Position numbers and translations under genes: made by a program. The notes under the pieces are model-generated. The model ran no database searches and had not been told where the DNA came from. It saw only the letters and a program-made list of their open reading frames with translations. From positions 100,814,001 through 100,878,000 of the forward strand of contig NC_045697.1 in the NCBI RefSeq assembly GCF_009834535.1: 64,000 bases of DNA, given 5' to 3'. Source of the stretch: Camelus ferus (taxonomy: Eukaryota). Positions within the stretch are counted from its first letter, which is position 1, and the number at the start of each line of letters is the position of its first letter. Below, in pieces: positions 52,191 to 64,000 of this stretch.

Positions 52191-54391
52191 TATGGCAGAA
52201 GTTAACTCTACTTATCTAAATTAGATTTGTTTATATTTCATTTCATTAAATTAAATTTAAAATACCCCATCTATACCATACACTTATATGGCTAGGTCCT
52301 CAGTTAATACTTTGAAGAATTAAAAGAAGTGACTTATTTGGAAAGATGTGTCTAAGTTGGTAACTGCTCTGAATGACCAGCTCCATACTCACAGGGTCTC
52401 AAGTCACTAGCACTTGAAAACAAAATTAAATACGAAACAAATTCAGGAAAAGAAACAGATCTCACAACCACTACTTTTAGGGTAGCAAAATAATCTGTCA
52501 CACATAAATGTTTAAAGAAGGTCACCTAAAATTATCACACGCACTTTGTTCAGGAAGTTGGAAGTTGTTCTGTAGGACCATTCTTTGATTTCTCCAGTAA
52601 GAGCAGTTCTTTTCTGGTGGTTCATCTGTGGATCTCTTGGTAAGAGATATTTGCTCCAATGTGATTTCTAAAGAAGTGTGCTCTCTGCAGTATCTTTTAA
52701 ACCCTTACCATCAGCTGAAGTAACAGCATTTTAGGGGAGGGGGGTCAGTTTTCACGTAATTATGAGCAAGCCTAAGATGATGGTGACTTCATCAGGGGCT
52801 GATTACTGTTATTTGTCACGGATGGGAACTGAAGTAATGCAGGAAGCACAGCACTGAAATTCTCAAGGAAAGAGAACACTACGTGATACAAGAGAAGCTG
52901 TTCCCGCTCGTGCTGTTCTACACAAACACATCCCTTTAAAGCAGTCACAAGATAACCGAGAGCTTCCATCACCTGTGTCTGCAGTGCTTATTATTCACTT
53001 TAATATTTGAAAGGGGATAATATGAAACAATGGGAGCTCTTCTCCAACTAGTACAATCAAACAAAAGTAAAACGGACGAACAAACAAAAGCCACAGTAGG
53101 AAACAAGACTAAGGAAGGGAGACATTTTTCCATTCGAACACAAATGAACTACGTAACTCAAAATGAACCCCACAAAGGTGTTAAGTCATGAGAAACAGAA
53201 TCTATACTGACATCAGTTGATTAAGGTCACTTATTTCTAAAGCAGAACACTTCATAAGTTATGCTCCCCGACGTATAAATTTCATGCTGAGAATACTGAC
53301 ATTCAACAAGATAATAAAACTCAATAAGGCTGATGGGCCTTTTAATCTCTCTCTTGTGAATTAAATATTTACTAAAATAGAATGATTAAAACTCTGTATC
53401 TTAAGAGTGATAAATAGACTGTATGCTGAAACATACCCCACTTAATCTTACTAATGGCATAGCAACTATTTTAATTTTAAAGAGCCATTATAGAACGACA
53501 GATTGCAGAGTGACGTAGCATAAGGAAAATAAAAGTTGCAGACAGGCAACTTAGCAATATGGTGTCAGATTGGTACACGGCACACACACATAATCCTGTA
53601 GTTCTCTCTTAAGGGAAAATTACAGAGCACTGGAATTTTTCTTTTTAATTTACCTTTAGTGGCCATTGAATTTCCAAACACAATTATTTTTTTGATAAAA
53701 CATAACATTCTATAATCCAGTCAAATTTTGTATTTTTAAATCTAATCTTAATCATCTATTAATCAAGTATAGGTTTGTAAGTCCCCACTAAAAATGCTTT
53801 ATTGCAAATGCACTGGAAGAAGATGGCTCTTAGCATTCAATAGTGATTCCGTAAGAAACAATTGAGTGCTGACACTGCTTTCATTCTCCCTTTCTTTTTT
53901 AAAAAATAAAAATCTACCCATTATTCAGCCACCATTTTGTAAATCTCTGCTACACATGATCAAGGGAGAATTGGGTGATATGCATACACTTCAAAACTCA
54001 AAGAAAGGTAGACATATCAGGCTTGTAGTCTTACTGCAATACCACTAAAACCAATTACTGCAGGGTGGCTGGTTTATATGAGGCAGATTTTAGTTATGTG
54101 GTTCTCAACTCTGGCTCCATCCCAGAACCTAGTCTGCGGGACCTAGAACTTCTTTGAGCATCACTGTGTTGGTCTTAGAACAGACGCAATCACTAAGAGT
54201 TCCTTGCAAAGTCAGATCCACCCAGACGCCTTGCCAACTTCCTAATCTGAAGAGTACCTTGTGCCATTTCAGTAAAACAGATTGTACCAGCGGCACGTGT
54301 TAGGAGCATGAAGCTGTAAATAATACTGAATAGAGGAAAAGAAAGAGTTTAAAATGCTTGAAAACTCTACAAATGGTGCGATGACTAGTTA

Positions 54392-55363
54392 AATTATAAT
54401 GGAGTGATCACGGTGCAGTCGTACAAAAATGGAGTCAGGCGACCACTGAGGACCTGGTCTCAGACACATCTCTGCACCACTAAGAACCTGAACTTTCTTT
54501 GGACTGTACCAGACCCAAGGACACCCTAGCTGTGTTCAGAACAACTTCTGCCAACTGCTACCTTATGGTCTCATGGTCTCCCCTTGTAACTATGCAACCA
54601 TTTCAGATTCCAACCAATTTTTTCTTAACAAGCACCCTTATTTCTTGCCAGCTCCAATTATAATTCTTGATAAACAACTCATGCAATGAACTGTTACCTT
54701 GTGGTTTTTGCTGTGAATGAAAAATATTGCCCACCATATCAGTAAACAAAGGCTGCTGTGGCCATCAAGTCATTAGCCACTACCGCTGCCCCTGGGGGAC
54801 TGGAGGGAACTTAGAATGGAGACTAGCATGGCAACCCAGCCTCTGCTGCCACCTGCTGTGGTGCACCTTGAGGGAATTCAGGATCGAAAAGAAGCAGAAT
54901 ACTGGCCCTAGACAGCCAGGTGCATATCAAAGGAATGATTTCAATCAGCCCAGACTCTTGCATCTTCCCATACATAGAAAAGCACTAAATTCCTTAACTT
55001 GGGATACCTGGTTTTCTTTAATTAAGGGTAGTTTTTTGATGTTCCAACTACCTGGTCTTTGTTGCAAAAAGTCCTATATATCCTGGCTCCTCCCCTACCC
55101 CTTTGAAGCAGTCTCTAAGAGACTGCCTCCTGGGCTCAAGTCCTCAGAAAGTCCACCGAATAAAACATAACTCTCAACTTTTAGGTTGTGCATTTTTCTC
55201 CAGTCTACATTGCCTTTCTAAGACTCTCTCTCCCATTTTGGAGTTTGGTGGAACACAATTCAAGTGCTTGTTGAATCTGTGTTTCCCAGGCTGCAGCTCA
55301 AACAGGCCCCAAATAAACACCTTTTTATTTCAATCAGGTCTGTTTCTAAAATTTTGATTGACA
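54392..55363 (+). mobile_element. Older ERV solo LTR, host of a nested LTR
   Basis: 'aaaatggagtcagg' near the 5' end; AATAAA near 55311 and terminal 'ttgattgaca'; split at 54711/55214; 5' boundary uncertain. Confidence 0.55.
54712..55209 (+). mobile_element. Younger ERV1-class solo LTR nested in an older LTR
   Basis: TGT...ACA ends, 4-bp TSD TTGC (54708-54711, 55210-55213), TATA-like 'cctatata' near 55075 and AATAAA near 55159. Confidence 0.8.
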
Positions 55364-55749
55364 GTTAGATTCAGACTGTGAGTTAAGGTAGATTCTTTGT
55401 GACCTCTTTGTTTATGAATTTATATCAAAACCTCTCCAAAACTTTCATTTTCATCTTCTGGAACTTTTGCTTAAAAATATGTCACAACTGGGCAATAATT
55501 TCACTTGCTTATTTCCAAATATCTATGTACATTTAAAATATAAAATCGGAACTCTTCTAAAACATTAACTTTTTTTTTAATCCAGGGTTATATCCCAGAA
55601 TATCTGTAAAGTTTATAAAAATTCTGCATTCCTGGATCCCCTCAGATATCAAGGATAAACTGCATGGGGTCCAAATATACATAGTTTTTAAATGCCCCAG
55701 AAGCAGCTCCGATGTGCATTTAAAGGTCACCATCTGGAGGGTGGGGCCT

Positions 55750-56600
55750 CCTCTCAGATGGCAGAGCAAAGAGCTTTGCAAATCCTCCTCCTCTCCAAAA
55801 AACTAGGGCACTGGACAACATTGTCAAAACCAATCATTTTAGGAACCCAGTAACCAGCCAAAGTTGAGCAACTAATGGAGAAGAGTTTCTTCCTGGAAAA
55901 CTGAGGACTGGTGGGTAAGAAGAGGGGGAGTCTATGGTCTTCCTGCCTGGGGCTGCTCCCACCCCTGCCTATCTCTGTTCAGCCTCTACCAGGGAGGGGC
56001 TGCCATGGAAACCGGCAACTTTGCAGCCTGAGGGTCTGACCCCATTTGAAGTGGAAAGTGGAAAAATCTCACATCTAGGCATTGTCAGAAGCACTAGTGT
56101 CCTTTGAGGCAAACAAATGCTGATGGCCGCCAACCTCACAGCAGGTCTAAAATTGCACTCCCACATGGGGCCACTCCCCAGGCCAGTGGACTAGCCATAA
56201 ATGCAGCCGGAAATGAGATCCTGGACATGACAGAGCCACGAGGGCTTTGATCAACTCCCACACATCCTCGGCTGACCAGTAGGACCTAACAGGGCCTGGT
56301 GGAAATAAAAGGCAGGGCAAATACGAAAACTCCTGAATTTAAATATGTTCCCCAATCCACACAGGGCTCCATCAGCAGAGGCTGGAAGCCACACTGGATT
56401 GAGCTGTTTGAGCACAACTTGTGGCTGATCACTGACTACACTACAGAGACCCAAGTGCAACCCTAGGAAACAAGACAGACATAAAAGTAAGAACCAAACT
56501 ACCTGTCTCAGGACAAAACTGGAAACATAATTCTACAGAAAGATGAGCAAGTTGCTCCCCGGTTCTGAAAAGCATAAAGCGGCAGAATGAATTCCTATTT
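55750..56600 (+). mobile_element. Old L1 5'UTR fragment (L1MD-like)
   Basis: 'agatggcagagcaaagagctttgcaaatcctcc...cactggacaacattgtcaaaaccaatcattttagg' resembles ancient L1 5' ends. Confidence 0.5.
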
Positions 56601-57389
56601 GGACCATTCTTCATTTATTCAAGTACTATTTATATTTATCTCAGCTTAGACCAGACAGTGTGCTCAGTGCCCAGTTACAACGGAGAACACGACAGATATG
56701 GTTGAAATTAAAGAGTTCATTCTCGAACTAGAGTTTGCTCTTCAAGGTCTCAGGATTTGGGCAGACCACTCTGGTCTTGCACACAGTCTCAAATTTCTAA
56801 ACGTACGTGGTTTTTATGACAAACCATACTTTAACTAACAAATTTGAAGTAGTCAAATACATAATGAAGTAACTGTAAGTGAGTTTGTTTTATCTGGTAC
56901 AAAGAAAATAACGTTAAAGCACAACTAAGGCATCTGTGTTCTAGCGTGAGCTCCAGTAGCCTCTGAGTAAGAACACTCTGCGGAGCTCAGCTTCATTATT
57001 CATACAGTGAACAAGGCAAAACAGGTTTGACTGAATTTCTAAGCTGATTCCTTGATCTCAAATTCTATGATTATTTGTACAGGTATACAAGGATACACAT
57101 TAACATAAAAACATTTCTAGGAAACCTATCCAGGCTGACTTTAATGAATGCAATCCATCCGTAACTAGCACAGCATTTGTAAACACATTTTAAAAGTGCT
57201 ATTTAAAGAGCTTGTTTTCTTAAATAGATAAAACACTGCATTTGAAACCTTATTTACAAGATTCGGCGGCAGACTTTATTTTAATATGAGGTGTTGGAGT
57301 CAAACTGTGTGTCCTAATATATCCACAAAAATTATGAGGCTCATAATTGCCTAGATTTTATTGTATCAGGAAGATCATGACCTTTGATA

Positions 57390-57680
57390 TTTATTTTTTT
57401 AACAAATGTTGTATAGTGATTAGTGTGTCTCAAACATTGTTCTAACCACTCTACACGTATCAATTCATTTAATCCTCAAAACATTCCTAAGAGCCACTAT
57501 TATTAGCACATCTGTTTACACACAAGGAAACTGAGGCACTAAGAGGTTGACTGACTTGCCTAAGGTACTAGGAGGCAAGGTGAGATTAACTTCCTCTTGG
57601 CTAGTAAGTGGCACATAGCCTGGATTCAATCTCAGGTCAGCTGATGCCCAGGCCCCAGCCTTTCATCTACTCTGCCCTGT
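57390..57680 (-). mobile_element. MIR SINE
   Basis: 'tcatttaatcctcaaaacattcc...aaggaaactgaggcactaagaggttgactgacttgcctaaggt'. Confidence 0.75.
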
Positions 57681-57900
57681 TGCCAGAGTGTATAAACCTA
57701 TGCCCTTGTGATGTAAGACAGTACCTACAGAGGGAAAGGACAGCAGTTGAATTCAAGAAAATAACACATCATATTTCCCTTAAACACATGCATACACACA
57801 CGCATGCGCACACACACAAACCCTCACATTCTCAGACAGCCTTTATATATACACAAAACCAAAGGATAAGTTTGACAGATTTGAAATTTACCGAAAAAGG

Positions 57901-57984
57901 TATATGTAATATATATATTTTATATATATTTATATATATAAAATATATATATTTATATATATATATTTTACACACATATATAAA

Positions 57985-58016
<32 letters not shown>

Positions 58017-58031
58017 ATAAAATACATATAT
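57901..58031. repeat. Degenerate (TA)n followed by (TG)n
   Basis: Seen directly; source of spurious ORF 57608-58033. Confidence 0.9.
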
Positions 58032-59596
58032 AAAACCAGAGTAGTGGGGATACAGAAGTTAAGGTTTTAGTGTTTTAGAGTTTTGGGGTTAAATTTCTAG
58101 TGCCTTACTTTATTTTACAATCCAAATATGAACCCTCAAAAATGTTCTGTCATCAGCAAATGTGTTGTACATATAACGTCAATTCCACACCACCTTTATG
58201 CAATACCAAAATATGTAGTTTCACAGTTCAATGTGTATATGACAGATACACCCTTTATTTACCAATCTGAAAGAATTACCTGGCTCATTCAAGGAAACTC
58301 TCTTACCCCTGCTTAAATTAACATGTACCAGTTTCACCTTCCAGGTCCTTGATGTTGGTCGAATCATTTTAGTCCTCAGGGTCTCTGCTCTCTAATATCC
58401 TGTGCTTCTGCCCTTGTCACCCTGCATCTTTGTTCTGTCCACAGTGGCATTTATACTTTTTAAATGCACACTGGATTTCATACTCAGATTCTGAGTCTTC
58501 CCTGTGAGTGCTGAGAGATTAATTACGAAGAAGTGTTTGATAACAAGCAAATGTGTTTCATATGGCTGAGATGCTCATGTCAGGCCTCGGAGGCATCCTC
58601 AGACACTGATCGAAAGGTTATGATAGAACTCCACTGACCGAACAATGAAAACGCCAAGAGACATGAAATGAGGTGAAAAAGAGGACTTCAGAACCTTCTC
58701 ATTAGTGCGGAAAACACACAGTGGAGAAGGAGCGCAGGCAAGCGTCACTGTCGCCATGGAAGGACTGCAGCAGTTAAAAGAAAGGTGGGAGCTAATGACA
58801 TGCCAGATAAGAAGCAGCCCTCTCCGGAGCATCTCATGACATTCCCTTCTGAGGACAGGGAGCCTGTCCCGTGTATCCTGTCATGCTTCTGAGTCAGTCT
58901 CTGCAGCAAAGAGACCGTTTCGCTTAAGTTTTTAATTAACGTGTGTCCTTGCTGACAGGCGTTGTGGATGAGGCACTCTTTCCTTCCTATTATGGCTCAG
59001 ACTAGATTTAATTACAGTGGAAATGAATCAAGAAACATGACTTCCGGCGTAGCACGTTAAATGTCGGCAGAGTAACGACATTAATTTCCTGTTTTAAAGG
59101 ATCAGAGTCCTCCCATCTTTAGTCTGAGTGATGTGACGTGAGAACGATTTTAGGAAAGAGGTTAGTGACCCAGAGACCCTGCACGCCCACAGGAAGATTG
59201 CTTGTTAGCTGTAATTTTTTGGATAGTTGCTTTGTTTGGATAACGACTTAGTTTTATTTCGTGCATATACATAACTACACGCACGTAAATGAACGGTGCC
59301 CTTGAAGTGTTATAAACAAAAGGACCAGAGCCCTTTAACTGGGTCTAAATGAGCTAAGGAACTCTATCCTACATGCAGATTACCAAGATCCGGCCACATT
59401 CTTTTTTATTCCCTGTAATAAGTAGAGGGAATATTTAAAATTATTTTATCTTTCATGTCATGAGCTCTAAGCCATGGAAATGCACTGTTGCTACTAAATG
59501 TTTAGTCCTCCAGCAAAATATGTATTTTTGGGGGAAAAAAAAACCTAAACCTTAAAATGACCTTAAAAGAAAGAAAGTTGAAGATACGTGGGGTAC

Positions 59597-59751
59597 CTTC
59601 TCATACAGTCCAGTGCTCGGATGAAGAAGTCCTTGTGTAACTGGTGCTCATCCCTCAAGATGGAGCACTGTTCCAGCGTCACCGACATCGACGTCCTGTC
59701 TTTGGCACTTTTACAACAGGTGAAACGAATGCCATTTAGTTTGCGACAAAT
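59597..59751 (-). CDS. INPP4B: INPP4B catalytic exon: [51 protein letters not shown](R/S)
   Basis: Acceptor 'tgtctgttacAG', donor 'AG|GTACCC'; 155 nt = 51 codons + 2 nt; contains the CX5R signature CKSAKDR of inositol 4-phosphatases. Confidence 0.97.
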
Positions 59752-60329
59752 CTGTAACAGACATATAAACAGCTTACTGTTTATTTGTAGATCACTCTAA
59801 AGTGCTGGAGTCCCTTAATCACTTCTTGTCTAAACCCACCAAACTCATGCTAATTTACAGTAGTCAGTTGGTTCACTCTGCCCTCTGGAATGTAAAAACA
59901 TTACCTTTTCATTTCAAAAGCTGGTGGAATCCATTTAATTTATTTAGCTCTTTGTGAGGTGTGGGGCTGTTGAAGCCATATGAGACAGTAGATATCCAGC
60001 AGAGGCAGCAGTGCCCCAGGAGAGGGGACCAGAGCCGCAGGGGATAATAAGTAACAATCACAGTTCAGAAGCAATACCTTAATAGTGAAGGGGGAAAAAA
60101 TAATCTCTCTTTCCTGGATCAGTCATTTGATTGGAATCTTAAATAGCTAGTAATCTTCTTATTGTACATTTAAAACACCTTTGCTAGTCTCGGTTGTATG
60201 TTATGAGATTTCAAACATCCACATGGTGCCAAGTGCAGCAGACAAGGAAACCACTCATCAATGCAACTAATAAGAATAAAGACACCAAAAATGGCCGATG
60301 TTAATTGCATATCTACTGTACAATGCTAA

Positions 60330-60510
60330 TAAATGTCATATAGATTTGCTTTTTTAATTTAATTGCACATGAACCCTGGAGGAAGGTATATTAATCTCAT
60401 TTTACGGATGAGGAAATGGAGGTTTGGATAGGTTAAGTGACTTGTGCACAACAGAGCAGAGCCAGGATGCTAATATAAGTCTACCTAACAAGGACCAAGT
60501 CTTTAACATC
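60330..60510 (-). mobile_element. MIR SINE
   Basis: 'ctcattttacggatgaggaaatggaggtttggataggttaagtgacttg'. Confidence 0.7.
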
Positions 60511-61470
60511 TGGTCCTTTTCTGTTTCTCTCTGTAATTACTTCTTTTTGTTATTCTGATGTAAGCCAGGAGAAGAATCTCTGAGTGGCAATAATTTACGG
60601 TCTCACTGCTTTATGGTTAACAGGTGAATCATTCCATTCTTTACCCAAGCCCATAGTAATGCTCTGATATGAGATACCAATAAGCATCTTTAGCATCAAC
60701 AATGTTAATCAACATGCACTTAAAATCCATCTAATATGATATCATAAGACCTGCTTTATTATCTGCCAACAAGGAGGACTTAACACTTGCCTGCTTTGAA
60801 GAGAGAATATAATAATACAGTTTATCAAGGGTTTTTAACCATGATTTAATTGTGATTTTGATACTTACCTTAGGCTTTTCAAGTCCTTATTAGACCTAAG
60901 GTACTTTTTCACTATTTCCAATGTAAATGATTAAAGACATATGAGAGCATGATTTCACCATATTATATTTTTTCCTCTATGAAACTCTAATGCTTTCAAA
61001 TAAACAGTATTTCAAAATTTAATATAAAATAACAAAGGCTTGACTATATTTATAGTAATAAAATATAGACCTCAATGGCCACTTACAAGAAATGAAATGT
61101 AAAAAGAATGGATATTCTTTGAAATGTATGGTCACAATTATATGCAACCATCCTGCAAAGATATTTCATGTTACAAATTTAAAATAAAAAAAAAGCAAGG
61201 GCAATTCCATTACAGCAAATAGGTGGGGTCCTGGTTTCTGTATTTCTACAACTCGTTTTGAACTATATGAGCTTAATTTAACATACCTGATTGGCATTTG
61301 GTCTTTTGAAATTCTCACTTTTATTTGTTTAAATTCATTCAAGATAAAAACCAAACAGCCTTCCATTTTTCAATTAAAATGTAAGATATTAACAAAAGCA
61401 GTATTTCATTAACAGATTTAAAGAAGAGAGGAAAATTAAATAGAGACAGAAATAAAAGTTTTCTGGGGTA

Positions 61471-61650
61471 GGGGAGGGTATAGCTCAAGTGGTAGAGTGC
61501 ATGCTTAGTGTGCATGAGGCTTTGGGTTCAATCCCCGGTACCTCCACTAAAATAAATAAATAAAACCTAATTACCTACCCCTCCCCCACAAAAAAAACCT
61601 AAACAAAAGAAAAAAAAGGAACAGCAACTGATTAAAAAAAAATTTTTTTA
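61471..61650 (+). mobile_element. tRNA-Ala-derived SINE (camelid Vic-1-like) with extended tail
   Basis: 'ggggagggtatagctcaagtggtagagtgcatgcttagtgtgcatgagg...gggttcaatccccggtacctcca' then '(aaat)n-aacctaattacctacccctccccc' and an A-rich tail; same family as 22811. Confidence 0.85.
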
Positions 61651-63362
61651 AAAAGAGTTTTGGAAAACGTCAAAGGGAATTTCTATATTTCTTCATTTTT
61701 AACAGTATTATTAACGTCCTTGGTTTACAAAAAGGATACCAAAACTCATGTATTAGCTTACAGACATGGTATTAATAATAATAATCAATATTACTACAGA
61801 AAGCCAAAATTGTACACTGTAAGTGCTGTATGTTTATCAAGGCAGGCAATTATGCATTCAATAGTAAGCTGTGAGTAAGCCATACTTACTTGGTTGAAAT
61901 ATATATTTCAAAAAAACTTTCAGAAATTTATGGGAAAAATTTTTATATGTTCAAAAGGGAATAACTATATAGACTAGAGAAAATATTCATTTGTGGTTAC
62001 CCCTGTGCATCCTTCATTTACCAATTTATATAATCATATGATATGTATATAACAGCATATGTCTACTTTCCTAAGCTGTCAGATAGACTTGGTAAATGAT
62101 CCAACTACTTTTGTGCTATCATGTTATTAGCAATGTAGCAAAAATAACTTACAACCTACCTTTGTGAAATTTTTTGTGAGAATTAGCAACCATAGCAAAT
62201 CTTGAAAATATAAAGGGCTGCCACACTGGAGAAAGAACTATTATAAATAACCTTCATGTAATGCTAACCTTCATGGTGCTAAGTGGGACCAGTGTAAATG
62301 AGCTGTCTGAAAGCAATGTTTCATGCTGTTACCTTTGATGTTCTTCCCTGGGGCTCCAAGAGGGCATGAAGGGAAACTGAAGTAGCTTTCCTCTGCCTTG
62401 CTCTTGGTAAATTATTTTATATAGACTCATGGTAAATTATCCATTTCTTTTCCCAGAAGAGAGTAAGTCATATTGGATTACAACTGAAGGGCTGGCAGTA
62501 GAGGGGAAGGTTTTGTTTTAAACACTATTGATAGAGAATGAACAGAATATGTGAGAAGCTCCACTGTGAACTCCAAATTACATGAGCAACATGGGGCAGT
62601 AACTACAAATACGGCACTCATCATAAAGATATCCAATGTGTGCCTTCCCTGATGAAAAGATCCTTTCCTAGTGAAAGGATCTCTGGGTCTGAATGTTTAA
62701 CAAAATTCGTAAGTTCATGTGAGCTATTCCTGAACAGTTGCCAGACAAGAGCTTAGAAAACTACAGGCAAAATTTTTCTCTTTCAATCTTATAGAAACCT
62801 GAAGTGGGAAAGCAGGTAGATTGTCTACCTTGAGAGAGCCATTAAATGAGAAAGCATCATACAAAATATAGCTCATTACCCCAAGAGCAATCCATCAGGG
62901 ATAAACTCTATGCCAATATCTAAAGTAACCAATGCATTTACAAGCTCATTAATTTAACAATATGTCCAGGAGCCTGACTGAGGCTGTGAGTCTGAGATCT
63001 CATAACCACATTCTTTGAAACCACATGTCTGTAGAGAAGCACTTCCAAACCCTGACTGATACCAGTGATTGACATTGCAACATGTGAGATCAAGAAAATC
63101 ACTGAGACTTAATTTTAACCTCAAAGTATCAAACACATCCTGAATTTATAAGAAAAGCCAATGAGTAAGATTCTTTCTAGTTGAATTTATCTTCTTCCAT
63201 CTTGTATTCTAGTCTATTGACAGACTAGATGCCCAATTTCCTGGATAATGGAGAGTGACATCTGGTAACCCAAAGTGCAGCGGTCAAGTCTCTACATAGC
63301 AGAGACCCAGTAGTGCTCACTGATCATTAAGGTGACAGGGAACAAGATGGGAGAGGGCTCAC

Positions 63363-63475
63363 CGTTGCAGCCAGCCACATAATTTCTACATTCTTCCTCT
63401 TTTTGGCTTGGATATTTTGATGGAGATTTTCTAATAATCCTTTTAAATCATTTTGTTCTTGAAAATGTGAAATGT
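63363..63475 (-). CDS. INPP4B: INPP4B internal exon: (x)[37 protein letters not shown]
   Basis: Acceptor 'ctttttttttttcAG', donor 'ACG|GTGAG'; 113 nt = 2 nt + 37 codons; joins the catalytic exon in phase 0 (…WLAAT/ICRKLNG…). Upstream exons lie beyond the window. Confidence 0.95.
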
Positions 63476-63909
63476 CTGAAAAAAAAAAGAACAGAGGAAA
63501 AAAAAAAAAAAGGAAACCATGTTAGTACTAAGCAGCCCATGGAGTTTTCTTTAATGTTTGCAAATGCAATTTCTGCAACAACAAATGCCAGTTGGAGCAG
63601 AGAGTATCTGAGGATAATCACACTTATTAATCCTTCCAGTTTTACTCTCCACTTAGAAATATGCCTCAGTCCCCCTTATTCCCTGTGGTGTGTAACTGTG
63701 GTGATGCCACTTGGTCATAAAATACTAAGAAGGGAAACGTCTTTCACGACGATAGCTGCCTCACTTCAACCAAAGTGTACAACGTGAAATACAACTTTCC
63801 ACTTTTTCCTACTGAGCAGCTAGTCTGAATCGTGGGACTCTATCAAACTGAATATCTCAGACGTGGAATTTGAAAGTTCAGCTAAAACACATGAAGTCAG
63901 CTTCTATAG

Positions 63910-64000
63910 AGCAAGATTCCTCAATCTAGACAATACTGACATTTTGGGCTGGATAACATTTTGTTGTGGGGAGTGGGCCTATGTTCTGCATTGTAGGATG
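63910..64000 (+). mobile_element. MER20 hAT DNA transposon, runs off the window
   Basis: 'tcctcaatctagacaatactgacattttgggctggataacattttgttgtgggg...tgcattgtaggatg'. Confidence 0.75.

Noticed and set aside
52540..52980. Possible additional INPP4B exon(s), including ORF 52772-52972
   Set aside because: The candidate acceptors I tried give a stop within 1-3 codons in the phase required by the 59597 donor; no recognisable peptide
54727..55170. 147-aa ORF
   Set aside because: Lies wholly within a solo LTR, starts at a non-ATG codon and resembles no protein I recognise
59588..59800. + strand 70-aa ORF
   Set aside because: Antisense shadow of the catalytic exon
1..64000. CRISPR array, operon, prophage or other prokaryote-type system; NUMT; rRNA
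   Set aside because: Sequence is mammalian intron and intergenic DNA; I saw no regularly spaced repeat-spacer array, no long ORFs and no recognisable mitochondrial or rRNA sequence

Overview
AT-rich, repeat-laden mammalian genomic DNA. It is probably camelid, because it carries two tRNA-Ala-derived SINEs resembling Vic-1. The window holds the 3' end of INPP4B (inositol polyphosphate 4-phosphatase type II) on the minus strand, and none of its exons appears in the correct frame in the ORF track. I read four coding exons by hand: 63475-63363; 59751-59597 (catalytic CKSAKDRT motif); and two mutually exclusive terminal exons, the hydrophobic beta exon 25011-24837 and the soluble alpha exon 23579-23447. 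A probable ~5.5 kb 3'UTR follows, ending near 17900. Positions 1-17900 look intergenic. The rest is intron with L1, L2, CR1/L3, MIR, ERV/MaLR LTRs, DNA-transposon fossils and microsatellites. I found no previously undescribed multi-gene system. The most interesting biology is the alpha/beta terminal-exon switch: an intact tail-anchor exon, a tandem NAGNAG acceptor, a poly(A) signal overlapping the alpha 3' splice site, and a weak shared donor. Repeat family names come from recalled consensus sequences, not a database search, and boundaries of old repeats are approximate.
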